From positions 24,139 through 88,138 of IMG/VR virus record IMGVR_UViG_3300044723_001152: a stretch of 64,000 bases of DNA; one strand, given 5' to 3'. Every line of letters begins with the position of its first letter. The first letter of the stretch is position 1. Shown here in pieces: positions 1 through 9,057 of this stretch. Source of the DNA: a virus (Duplodnaviria > Caudoviricetes). Both the position numbers and the translations under genes were made by a program. Under the pieces are notes generated by a model. That model did not search any database. It saw nothing but the letters and a program-made list of their open reading frames with translations, and had not been told where the DNA came from.

Positions 1-1982
1 TTGTATTCTTCATATGTCTCATAACCCATATATGCGTTTTTAGTAGATACGTGGGAAGATACATCAGAAAAACTAACATTCTTACCATGAGTGATATAGA
101 AACCAATCAACTGACTATTAGTCTTATGTTTGAAGTAATTGAACATACCCTCGTGGGCAGCCTTGAATACACTTCTAGTGGCATGTCTATCGTTATACTT
201 GAATTGATAGTTACCATCTTGTATTACAAGTTGTCCGTTTGAGTAGTCGGCATTATACTTGTTAGTTATATCACCATCATATGGTTGGAATTGTTTTGAT
301 TGGTCTCTCTCTTTAGTGAAAGCGCCCTTAACATGTCCACAACCATCTGTTAGGAATATCGTAGTCATCTTCTGGACTTTGTATTCTCTCTGAAAGTTAT
401 TAACCAGGTCGATAGATTGTAGTATCGCACTATCTAGTGGAGTACCACCAAGTCTCATACAACTAGGCATTTTAAATTTATAGTCTCTATCATCATCATA
501 GTGGTAGTATCTACCAGAACCTCTGTGTGAGTAGTAATCTATAATCTTATGAAAGTATGCCATCGAAGCGTTATACTGTGGAGTTTTAACAGTTGTATCA
601 ACTAACTCAATCATCGTAACATTCTCCATGATTAACTCATTCTCATTCTCATAAGTGTATGGAGTGTTGCTGTATCTCTCACCATATGTGTAACCTTCAT
701 CACTATTAAGTTTAAAGTGTCTCTTGTTAACATCAGAGAAGGCATATACCTTACAAGGTATCTGAACAGCCTTACAGAACATAACTAGGTTAGCAGTTTG
801 TATCAACGTATCATACATACAAGAATCCATACTACCTGACCAATCTACAACTAATATCATACCATGATTTTTGGCACCAGGTGTGATATTAATTCTTTTG
901 AATATATCGTCATTGTATTTGTATTGGTGTAGTTTAGACATATTCAACATACCAGTTTTTGATGTTTTAGTTCTCTTGTAATCGTCCGCAGATTTTTTCA
1001 TTTCGAACTCTTTAATCATGTAGTTAACAGTTCTCAATTGTTTTCTTTTGAATGATTGAAAGTTCTGGTAGTATTGACCACGTCTCTCAGAGTTACCCTC
1101 ATCAAATAATGCGATAACTTCTTTGTTTGTTACCGTACTTGGTTTTCTCTTAGGTAGAGTTACATACTGATTATCAGTATATTCATTATCTTGTGGTTTG
1201 AATGATGACTTCTTATTCTCATCAAATGCCTTATCAGTTAACGCTTCGTTTTGGACTTCGCCACCTTCTGGGCCGTTACCTTCGTTTTCGTCTCCTTCAT
1301 CATGTTCTTGTCCTTGAACAGGATCAGTTCCATCTTGGGAAGGAGTTTCCTCATCAGACTCTTGTTGCTCACCATCACCTCTTACTGTTAGATTAACTTC
1401 CGTTTCTTCATACTGGTCTTCATCAAATTCTTCCGTACCAGAATATGCGAATATATCTTGTACCAATTTCTCAACATCTTGCCAAGTATCTAAACTTTCT
1501 GAACGTTTAACGAACCCTTGTTCGATATCGTTAAACTCGATATCATTCATTGTATAACCAGATTTGGTATATACATTAAGTCTATCAATAAATCTCATGC
1601 CATTGATATCTCTATCTTCTAACATGAAAAAATTTCTTTCTAGTAATTCATTGTAACCATTAAAATAAGATTTTCTTAAACCAGGATATTTTAATTTCAT
1701 CTTCTTATCAATACGGATATCTTCTACTACGTTATAATAAGAATGTGGTATCTTGTTCTCTTTTAATTTCTGTACGTCTTCGATTGGTGTATATAAAGCA
1801 TGACCAACTTCGTGTCCAACTAACATATCATATAAATCGTTAGACATATCTTCCCAGATAGGAAGACATAATAATCTTTGTTTAGGTACAAAGTATGCCG
1901 TCTCTACATTACGGTGTTGTACCGTAATGTTCTCTGTAGCCAATAATTTTGCTAGTGATGATTTTTGTTCTTTAGTTATCAT
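1..1982 (-). CDS. HEXXH metallopeptidase-like plus VWA (CobT-like) protein, 3' end runs off the window
   Basis: Not in the ORF track because it has no stop in the window. Hand translation from ATG at 1982 gives MITKEQKSSLAKLLATENITVQHRNVETAYF...LVGHEVGHALYTP (HEXXH), then GAKNHGMILVVDWSGSM (MIDAS DxSxS), LGGTPL and IFLTDG. Typical of marine T4-like phages. Confidence 0.85.
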   Translation of the reverse strand, partial: MITKEQKSSLAKLLATENITVQHRNVETAYFVPKQRLLCLPIWEDMSNDLYDMLVGHEVGHALYTPIEDVQKLKENKIPHSYYNVVEDIRIDKKMKLKYPGLRKSYFNGYNELLERNFFMLEDRDINGMRFIDRLNVYTKSGYTMNDIEFNDIEQGFVKRSESLDTWQDVEKLVQDIFAYSGTEEFDEDQYEETEVNLTVRGDGEQQESDEETPSQDGTDPVQGQEHDEGDENEGNGPEGGEVQNEALTDKAFDENKKSSFKPQDNEYTDNQYVTLPKRKPSTVTNKEVIALFDEGNSERRGQYYQNFQSFKRKQLRTVNYMIKEFEMKKSADDYKRTKTSKTGMLNMSKLHQYKYNDDIFKRINITPGAKNHGMILVVDWSGSMDSCMYDTLIQTANLVMFCKAVQIPCKVYAFSDVNKRHFKLNSDEGYTYGERYSNTPYTYENENELIMENVTMIELVDTTVKTPQYNASMAYFHKIIDYYSHRGSGRYYHYDDDRDYKFKMPSCMRLGGTPLDSAILQSIDLVNNFQREYKVQKMTTIFLTDGCGHVKGAFTKERDQSKQFQPYDGDITNKYNADYSNGQLVIQDGNYQFKYNDRHATRSVFKAAHEGMFNYFKHKTNSQLIGFYITHGKNVSFSDVSSHVSTKNAYMGYETYEEY

Positions 1983-1987
1983 ATAGA

Positions 1988-2179
1988 CTAGGCCTCATTC
2001 ATAACGTTTTCTTCAACGTTATTCCAGTTAATGTCATAAACATTAGGGTAGAAGTTTTTCATAATCTCAACAAACTCTAATCTCTCATTCGTAGATTTAA
2101 GGTTAGCGAATGTTCTAAAGATATTTTCTTTAGTCATATTGTTTTCAAGTTCTTTAATATTCATAATGTTCTCTTTCAT
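1988..2179 (-). CDS. small hypothetical protein (63 aa), first gene after an early promoter
   Basis: ORF track; lies between the promoter at 2196-2224 and the VWA gene. Confidence 0.65.
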   Translation of the reverse strand: MKENIMNIKELENNMTKENIFRTFANLKSTNERLEFVEIMKNFYPNVYDINWNNVEENVMNEA

Positions 2180-2195
2180 TTTTTATTATTCTTAT

Positions 2196-2224
2196 ATCCT
2201 ACACCATTTTTGGTCAAAAGTCAA
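2196..2224 (-). promoter_or_regulatory. sigma70-type early promoter
   Basis: TTGACT (2224-2219), 17 nt spacer, TAGGAT (2201-2196). Confidence 0.7.
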
Positions 2225-2262
2225 TAATTATTTTTAATAAAACCAAAGAAAAAAACGTTATA

Positions 2263-2274
2263 TTTCAATAACTT
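2263..2274 (-). promoter_or_regulatory. upstream motif AAGTTATTGAAA, 38 nt before the -35 box
   Basis: 11/12 match to AAGTCATTGAAA at 57042-57053, which has the same 38-nt spacing to its -35. Confidence 0.5.
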
Positions 2275-2300
2275 CGTTAGGGTGCGTCAATCCGCACAGC

Positions 2301-3845
2301 CTAATGGACACTTTTCCAGTCAAAATTCGTCACTAATTCCATTCCATACTCGTTGGAACCCTCTGGCAATACCACTCCATCTCGGAGTTTTAACTTATTC
2401 ACTTTAAATGGAGTATAATCCACAAAGTGGTGCCATCTACCATATTTCCATACTAAGGTTGCCACATCTGGGTGCATATCTACCAACATCTGGGATTTGT
2501 TTATCGTGCCATCTACGTTATAACCAGTCTTCTTAAACTCATCATTATCTGTATTCTCGGCATGATAGAACTCTGCCGTGTTACCACCTTTAACTGTTTG
2601 AGTGGCAGCCTTGCCCTGTAGAAAGGCATTGAACTGGACACATACATCACCATCTTTCAACACTCTTAAACATATATCCGTGTCTTCATTATATCTACCA
2701 CGCCATCTATGTTTGGTATCGTTACGAATTAATAAACATGAATATATTCTCGTGTTAGAAACAAAAGGTGGATAGTTACTATCTGGTGCGATGAAGAAAC
2801 GATATTGTGGTCCTGCGATATAAACGTTTGAATATCTATCAACGAAATCTTCCATCACTTGAAACCCTACACCACTCTCAAATCTTATCCTCTTGTTATT
2901 ATGTAATCTGTAAAAGTCTGTTATGTTGTCATCAAAAACCCAGTGACTTGTCGCACCAATAGATATGGAATGGTCCCATGCCCAGTTTCTGGCACGACCA
3001 GGTCCATCACCGTGATTGGAGAATGGTGCCTCTAGTAGTGTTACATATGGTCGTATCTTAAAATTATCAAGTGCCTTATCATAGTCGTTCATGTCTTGTG
3101 GTTCTACAACGATATAATGTGGTATCTCCATTCGTGCCAGACTTCTACTCGTAATCATCGTATCACTACGACCTTTACTTACGATGTAACAAGGGTGTTT
3201 TGGGTTCGTTCTACCATTTGGTTGTATCCATCTGAGTAGTAAGTTCTTCGTTATCTCTAACTTTGGATGCCACAGAGATTTACTTTTCTCTGTCACCTCT
3301 TGTTCTATCTTCTCACCAAACTCCTTGTAATCTTCCTTAGTTCTAAAGTGTAGTAAAAATTTTCTGTATGGTGCGTTGTCCTCTTGTTTAAATTTTGGCA
3401 TACCCTTCCAATGTTTGGGCCATGCGTTCTCTTGTATCTCACTATCTCTCGTCTTATCTGCTTTTATCTTACCAAAAAATTTCTTTGCCTTCTTTGGTTC
3501 TATCTTGTTCCTATCAATCACAACTGGTTCATCATCATCTGCCAAGAATGACGTGCCCTCACTCGTTGATTTGATTGGGTAGTATGTCTCTGATACGTTA
3601 CCTGGTATTGATTGGTTAATCTTCTTACAGAAATCTTCTAGGTCATCTAGGTTACGGAATGCCATGTATACTGTCTTATACACATCATCTTTACCCTTAC
3701 TCTCTTTCTGTTTGTGATCCACCACAGCGTCAGCGATGAGTTCATCACCCTCAACATGTCTATCAAGTGTTGCGATATAATCGTCATTCTTTACCTGTGT
3801 CTTATCCATGAAGTTATCATATCTAGCCGTTTCTTTTACCATCAC
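2301..3845 (-). CDS. TAGT/GREB1-like GT-A glycosyltransferase with an N-terminal extension of small repeated domains
   Basis: Motifs PCYIVSKGR, HYIVVEPQD..Y, GPGRARNWAWD, HWVFDDNI, RWRGRYNEDTDICLRVLKDG, KGGNT, HHFVDY. Confidence 0.8.
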   Translation of the reverse strand: MMVKETARYDNFMDKTQVKNDDYIATLDRHVEGDELIADAVVDHKQKESKGKDDVYKTVYMAFRNLDDLEDFCKKINQSIPGNVSETYYPIKSTSEGTSFLADDDEPVVIDRNKIEPKKAKKFFGKIKADKTRDSEIQENAWPKHWKGMPKFKQEDNAPYRKFLLHFRTKEDYKEFGEKIEQEVTEKSKSLWHPKLEITKNLLLRWIQPNGRTNPKHPCYIVSKGRSDTMITSRSLARMEIPHYIVVEPQDMNDYDKALDNFKIRPYVTLLEAPFSNHGDGPGRARNWAWDHSISIGATSHWVFDDNITDFYRLHNNKRIRFESGVGFQVMEDFVDRYSNVYIAGPQYRFFIAPDSNYPPFVSNTRIYSCLLIRNDTKHRWRGRYNEDTDICLRVLKDGDVCVQFNAFLQGKAATQTVKGGNTAEFYHAENTDNDEFKKTGYNVDGTINKSQMLVDMHPDVATLVWKYGRWHHFVDYTPFKVNKLKLRDGVVLPEGSNEYGMELVTNFDWKSVH

Positions 3846-4915
3846 ATAAATCCTTCCAAGTTACTGTATTCCATCTTATCATCATACCTCTTATTAATCA
3901 TTTCGTTGATACCCTGTAGCCAATTATTTAGGCTATGTTTCTCTATCGTTTTCTCTTGTATATCTCGCCTATGTTGTCTGGTGATAGTATATAGGGCATG
4001 GATACACTCCTCAAAGAAAGAACTATTACACACCCTCTTAACTTTCATTATGTGTAGTGGGTCTGCGGCAATCCTCTCTGACGCATGTTTATTGGTATCG
4101 TCAGTAAAGAGTATTGTTGGCACACCACAACCTAATGCTTCCATCGCGGTTATACCCCAACTCTCTCTTGGCCATGTTGATACGAATACTTTTGATTTAG
4201 ATATATTCTCTAATACTTGTTTGTGGTCGGCACCCCTTATCACATTATCCCAATGTTGGTTGTTCTTTACATAGTCGTTGTTGGCGTCATTCTTATATGT
4301 GGCGTCATTCGTCATAACCAGACTTGTCACATTTGTTTTCTCTAATTTCTTCTTTATGATGAATGGTGCTTTCTCTGGGTCATTTCTTGCCACCGTAGAT
4401 ACGTCCCATATACTTTCTTCGTTGAATGGCATATCTTCTGGTAGATAAGATGAGTTGATGTAACCCTTGATTGGTCCAAAATCTATGTTCTTTATTCTCT
4501 TTGCTAATGCCACGTGGTAGTCATATTGATTTGGACTCACAAAATATAAGTGTGTGCCATTATCGTTTAGGTCTTTTAGGATATTACCTAACTCAATCAT
4601 ACGGACGTCACGGACCAGAGGTTCGTGCATCACACAGATAAGTGGTATCTGAAAAGATAACATCATTCTACCCCACCATGGATTATTAAATAATATCATG
4701 TCTGGTTTATGTTTTGTGATGGCGTCTTGTATTGTTTGTTTTGTCTTTCTATTCTCTTTTATCTCATCAGTAATACACAATGGTATTGCCTCATCGTAGT
4801 TATCAAATATATCGTAACAAAACTTCTCTATACCACCAGTGACAACTCTACCAGTATTTGGTTCTACGGTCTCTGTCAGTTTGAAGTGTGTTGAGTATGG
4901 TATTAATACTTTCAT
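3842..4915 (-). CDS. GT-B fold glycosyltransferase (GT4/Glycos_transf_1-like)
   Basis: N-terminal GGIEKF; C-terminal KVFVSTWPRESWGITAMEALGCGVPTI with the E-X7-E motif; ATGA overlap with the next gene. Confidence 0.8.
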   Translation of the reverse strand: MKVLIPYSTHFKLTETVEPNTGRVVTGGIEKFCYDIFDNYDEAIPLCITDEIKENRKTKQTIQDAITKHKPDMILFNNPWWGRMMLSFQIPLICVMHEPLVRDVRMIELGNILKDLNDNGTHLYFVSPNQYDYHVALAKRIKNIDFGPIKGYINSSYLPEDMPFNEESIWDVSTVARNDPEKAPFIIKKKLEKTNVTSLVMTNDATYKNDANNDYVKNNQHWDNVIRGADHKQVLENISKSKVFVSTWPRESWGITAMEALGCGVPTILFTDDTNKHASERIAADPLHIMKVKRVCNSSFFEECIHALYTITRQHRRDIQEKTIEKHSLNNWLQGINEMINKRYDDKMEYSNLEGFM

Positions 4916-4922
4916 ATTCTAT

Positions 4923-4951
4923 ATTATATCACAAAACGATAAAAAAGTCAA
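4923..4951 (-). promoter_or_regulatory. sigma70-type promoter with extended -10, driving the glycosyltransferase pair
   Basis: TTGACT, 17 nt, TATAAT preceded by TGA (TGn); ATG follows 7 nt after the -10. Confidence 0.8.
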
Positions 4952-4953
4952 GC

Positions 4954-6660
4954 CTAGTCCACAATCTTAGTGAAATTCCCTGCTTTTTCGAACCTCATCA
5001 CGTTGGCAAACTTATCCGCTATCATGTCCGTCTTGTGGGATATGATGAAGATATTCTCACCCTCTAAAGTATTTAGGATTTTGAGAAAGTCGTCCGTACC
5101 AGTTCCATCTAAACTACTGTCGAATATCTCATCTAGTAATAAGAGATTGGTGGATATACTGTTCTTCATCTTGGCAATAGCACGCCATGTGAATAGTAGT
5201 GCCAGATTTATTCTCATCTTCTCACCCTCACTAAAAGAGGCGTATGAGAACTCATCACGGAATCTACTTCTTATAGTTTCTTTAAATTCATTGTCTAATC
5301 TAAAGTTTACAAAGAAGTCCATACTGGCAAGATACTTGTTAATCAACTGGTTCATTATTGGTAGGTATTGTTTGATGACCTTCGTCTTAATACCAGTATC
5401 ATTCAACATCGTTTTTGCGGCCTGTAGGTAATCCAGTTCTTCACTCTTCACCAACTTCTTCTCATCGATACCCTTTTGTTGTTCTTCTAACTCTGACAAC
5501 TTGCCCTTCGCTTCGCCAGTATCACTAGATTGTTGTTTGAGTTCATTTATCTTATGTGTCAATTTTGTGTTAATATTGTGTAACTCTATTTTTGACTGTT
5601 CAAACTTCGCAACGTCAATCTCAACTGTTCTTATATCTGTTTCGACACTCTGTATCTTTTCTAACCTCTTACTCAATGATTGTATCTCTTTGTCAGCGTC
5701 CTCTAGTGCCTGGTTCCATTTCATTATCTGTCTGTTGTTATCATCAATCATTTCTTGTTTATTAGATAGTGCCTGTTTACATGTTGGGCAATCATCGTGT
5801 GTCTCGTAGAATGATTTGTGTTTGTTACATTCTCGTAACTTACTCTCAAACTGTGCCTCGAAGTTTCTGAGTTTCGTTGATTTGTCTTGTATGCCATCTT
5901 TATCTAATATATCTTTTCTGAGTTTAGATATCTCTGATTGTAACCCTTGTATGTGTGTGTTGTATTTGTCTATGGCATCCGTGTTATCTGTCACCTTCTT
6001 TATCTCACTCTCAATCTCTATATCACTACGTACCTGTAGTTTCTCTATCATTTCTTTCTGTGTCTCTATCTTCGAGGTTACGATATCCAGTTCTCTCAAT
6101 ATATCTTTCGTCTGTTCTTCCTGTTCTTTTATCCGTATCTTCGCCAACATTTGCATCACGGAGAATACCTTGATATCCAATATATCTTCTACCACCTCTC
6201 GTCTATGTGCTGTCTTTAATTCCATGAATGGTACGAAGGTCGTTGAACCAAGTATGACAACCTGTGTGAATGACCTGAAGTTAAACTTTAGTATCTGTTG
6301 TTCTAACATCTTCTGGTGGTCTGCTATCGTTGCGTCCTGGTCAATCATCTCACCATTGAGGTATATCTCAAATATACCTGGTTTGATACCTCGTCTTATC
6401 TTATACTTGTTATTGGCGATACTGAACTCTAGTTCTATCTCTGTGCCACCTAGGTTGACACTATTGATTAACTGTTCTTTCTTTATCTCTCTGAAAGGTT
6501 TATTGAATAACGCAAAACATAATGCGTCTAGTATGGTAGATTTACCCGCACCATTGTGACCAACCATCAACGTGGTTGAGTTCTGGTTAAGTGGTATCTC
6601 TATAAATGTATTACCGGAAGAAAGGAAGTTCTTCCATCTTATTGTTTCAAATGTTATCAT
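4954..6660 (-). CDS. gp46: recombination endonuclease ATPase subunit (Rad50/SbcC-like)
   Basis: Walker A GHNGAGKST, CPTC zinc hook, signature FSEGEKMRI, Walker B LLLLDE, ISH motif. Confidence 0.97.
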   Translation of the reverse strand: MITFETIRWKNFLSSGNTFIEIPLNQNSTTLMVGHNGAGKSTILDALCFALFNKPFREIKKEQLINSVNLGGTEIELEFSIANNKYKIRRGIKPGIFEIYLNGEMIDQDATIADHQKMLEQQILKFNFRSFTQVVILGSTTFVPFMELKTAHRREVVEDILDIKVFSVMQMLAKIRIKEQEEQTKDILRELDIVTSKIETQKEMIEKLQVRSDIEIESEIKKVTDNTDAIDKYNTHIQGLQSEISKLRKDILDKDGIQDKSTKLRNFEAQFESKLRECNKHKSFYETHDDCPTCKQALSNKQEMIDDNNRQIMKWNQALEDADKEIQSLSKRLEKIQSVETDIRTVEIDVAKFEQSKIELHNINTKLTHKINELKQQSSDTGEAKGKLSELEEQQKGIDEKKLVKSEELDYLQAAKTMLNDTGIKTKVIKQYLPIMNQLINKYLASMDFFVNFRLDNEFKETIRSRFRDEFSYASFSEGEKMRINLALLFTWRAIAKMKNSISTNLLLLDEIFDSSLDGTGTDDFLKILNTLEGENIFIISHKTDMIADKFANVMRFEKAGNFTKIVD

Positions 6661-6661
6661 A

Positions 6662-7315
6662 TTAAAAAAAGTAGTTAGGCCATTCGTCTCTATTAGTATA
6701 TATCAGATTACCTGATACAGATATTCTCACACCATCACATCGAAATGGCAATACCATGTGTGATTGTAGTGCTGGAAAGATGAACATATCTCCAACTTCT
6801 GGTGTAAAATACCTCTCTGTCATAGACCACTGTGGCCGGTTTACGACACCGTGTTGGAATATAATTGAACCTGGGGGTGCTGAGTTTGGGTTAATGCCAT
6901 GTAGGTCTGTCATACCTTCTGGTATCTGGCAATAGATTACGAATGACACATCACCAGAGTGGGTGTGTGGTGGGTTCGCCTCACCCTTGGTCATATAGTT
7001 GATCCATAACTGTGTGCCTCTCATAGCCACAGGGGTGTTTGGCGCACCGTGTTTACCAAATCCATGGTAGTTGTAATGCCTCAGACGGTACTCATTCCAT
7101 ATTGGTGCCATCTCATTGTAGAACCATTCACATTGTGCTTCGTTATATTCCCTCTCCACTTTTAGGTGCCCAGCAAGTTGATCCCTAAAATCTGTATCTA
7201 ACGCATCACCACCAGCGATAAGATTATCTATCATATACTGAGGTAGACGGCAGTGCATTATGTAGGGACCCCAATTAATATCTTTCGTTTCAAATTGTAC
7301 ATCTGCTAAGTTCAT
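6662..7315 (-). CDS. putative 2OG-Fe(II) oxygenase inserted between gp47 and gp46
   Basis: WINYMTKGEANPPHTH (HxH), FIFPALQSHMV (distal His), RISVSGN. Confidence 0.8.
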   Translation of the reverse strand: MNLADVQFETKDINWGPYIMHCRLPQYMIDNLIAGGDALDTDFRDQLAGHLKVEREYNEAQCEWFYNEMAPIWNEYRLRHYNYHGFGKHGAPNTPVAMRGTQLWINYMTKGEANPPHTHSGDVSFVIYCQIPEGMTDLHGINPNSAPPGSIIFQHGVVNRPQWSMTERYFTPEVGDMFIFPALQSHMVLPFRCDGVRISVSGNLIYTNRDEWPNYFF

Positions 7316-8361
7316 ACTTCTATGTCTCCCGCCTCTGTGTATAAGGACTTCATCAATGTTTTGAGTTTGTCTTTATCGAGGTCTGTTTCAAGTTGTTCGA
7401 TATAGTTATCTAACAACGTTGGTGTGTCTTCACTCCTCTCAGCGATATCATCTGCCACTGTCGAAGCGTCTAGGTCAGAATAGTCCTCTATAACTTTTAT
7501 ATCGTTGATATCTACCTTATAGAAACTATCTAAAAATTTGTCGAATAAGAAGTAATCTTTCTTCTTCTCTACTATCAGTTTTATATATTTGTCCTTGTAT
7601 TGTTCGAAGTCAAAATCTTTGTAATCGTTTTCTTCGTCATTATAATATATCTTCTCGTGTATCGTTGTATGATTTCGTATCTGTGTTAGTTCTCTCGTCT
7701 CTGTATCGTATATGTGAAAACCCTTGGGGCAATTATGGTCTGCCCAGTTAAACTCATATGGCGCACCAAGATAATATATCTGACTATCGTCAGATTTCTT
7801 GTGGAAGTGTCCGGAGAATACTGTCTCAAATCTTCTAAACAATCTCTTATCTAGTCCAATGTCAGATATGTGGCCATTATGCATTTCAAAGCCTTTTATC
7901 TCTAGGTGACCCATAACTATATCTGCGGTCTCCTGTTCTAACATCATCGTTGTTCGTTCAGTATTCTGTGAGTTGACCCATGGTAAGAATAACATTCTCA
8001 TACCACCACGTTCGACCACTGTGGGTTCTCTATAGATGTTAAAGAAATCACCAAGTAGTTCGTCTGGTGCGTTTATATCATTCGTATTCTTATAGTATGT
8101 ATCATGGTTACCCACGATGATATCTACATTGTATTTCTCTAAACGTCTCACAATCTTATTGTTGAAATCAGATAGTGTCTTAAAATTAACAAACTTACGT
8201 CTATCTAATACGTCACCAAGATGTATAACGTCTTCTATCTTATGTTCTTCTAGGTATGGGAAGAATAACTCATCGTAAAACTTATAGAAGTATTTACTGT
8301 AATGTGGGTTATCGTTTCTCGCACCTAGGTGTGTGTCCGCAATAATCGCTATCTTTGTCAT
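7312..8361 (-). CDS. gp47: recombination endonuclease nuclease subunit (Mre11/SbcD-like)
   Basis: DTHLG, HLGDVLD, GNHD, GHLE and SGHFH metallophosphoesterase motifs. Confidence 0.97.
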   Translation of the reverse strand: MTKIAIIADTHLGARNDNPHYSKYFYKFYDELFFPYLEEHKIEDVIHLGDVLDRRKFVNFKTLSDFNNKIVRRLEKYNVDIIVGNHDTYYKNTNDINAPDELLGDFFNIYREPTVVERGGMRMLFLPWVNSQNTERTTMMLEQETADIVMGHLEIKGFEMHNGHISDIGLDKRLFRRFETVFSGHFHKKSDDSQIYYLGAPYEFNWADHNCPKGFHIYDTETRELTQIRNHTTIHEKIYYNDEENDYKDFDFEQYKDKYIKLIVEKKKDYFLFDKFLDSFYKVDINDIKVIEDYSDLDASTVADDIAERSEDTPTLLDNYIEQLETDLDKDKLKTLMKSLYTEAGDIEV

Positions 8362-8921
8362 GCCATAAAGTATTCTAACTTACGAGGTTCTTTCTTCTTA
8401 CGTTTAACTGTTTTAGTTTCTTCTTTTGGTTTGTCTTCCTCGTATATCATGTTCTTCTTTAGAAAGTCAGCGTAGGCATTCTGGTATTCCGTGTTGTCAC
8501 CTTCCTGTCTGACTATCTCATCTAGTCCACCCTTCATTATTAACTTTTGTTTTATCGTGGTCTGTTTCTTCTCTTTCTGTATTCTACGAATAAAAGCGTA
8601 ATAGATTATCTGGGTGAAGTAGGCAAAAGGGTTGTTTGATTTCTCTGGGTCGAAGTTTGCTACATACTGTAGGCAATTCTCTATACCATCACTAATCATA
8701 TCCTCTTTGTATGTGTAGTTGATGAAGTTTGGTCTATACGATAAGTGGTTAGCAATCTTTAGAAAACATTCACCAATATAGTCAGATATCTTTGGATCTC
8801 TGTGGTTTCGTTTTCTAGCAGATACCACCTTCTTGTGGTACTTCTTCATTTCTTCTAGGAACTTTTTATTGTCAACGTAATGTTCCGTCTTCTTCTTTTT
8901 TAATTTTACATTCATAGGCAT
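8358..8921 (-). CDS. gp55: late-transcription sigma factor (start may be the second ATG at 8915)
   Basis: HYVDNKKFL, IANHLSYRPNFINYTYKEDMISDGIENC, NPFAYFTQIIYYAFIRRIQKEK. Confidence 0.96.
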   Translation of the reverse strand: MPMNVKLKKKKTEHYVDNKKFLEEMKKYHKKVVSARKRNHRDPKISDYIGECFLKIANHLSYRPNFINYTYKEDMISDGIENCLQYVANFDPEKSNNPFAYFTQIIYYAFIRRIQKEKKQTTIKQKLIMKGGLDEIVRQEGDNTEYQNAYADFLKKNMIYEEDKPKEETKTVKRKKKEPRKLEYFMA

Positions 8922-8950
8922 ATTATATCATATTTTAGTACGAAAGTCAA
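8922..8950 (-). promoter_or_regulatory. sigma70-type promoter with extended -10 for gp55-gp47-gp46
   Basis: TTGACT, 17 nt, TATAAT preceded by TGA. Confidence 0.8.
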
Positions 8951-8996
8951 CCTCTCATACTAGGTTTAGTTAATTAAATTATTTTGAAAATAATGC

Positions 8997-9025
8997 TTGA
9001 CATTTACCCTAACTTGGTGTATAAT
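8997..9025 (+). promoter_or_regulatory. perfect-consensus sigma70 promoter pointing antisense to the 148-aa gene and uvsW
   Basis: TTGACA (8997-9002), 17 nt, TATAAT (9020-9025). Confidence 0.75.
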
Positions 9026-9057
9026 AGGCCATGTTAGGTCCTTCAGAGTATAGTGCT

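Noticed and set aside
2282-2297. GTGCG/CGCAC hairpin after the TAGT gene as a terminator
   Set aside because: Only 5 bp with no adjacent U-tract on the minus strand.
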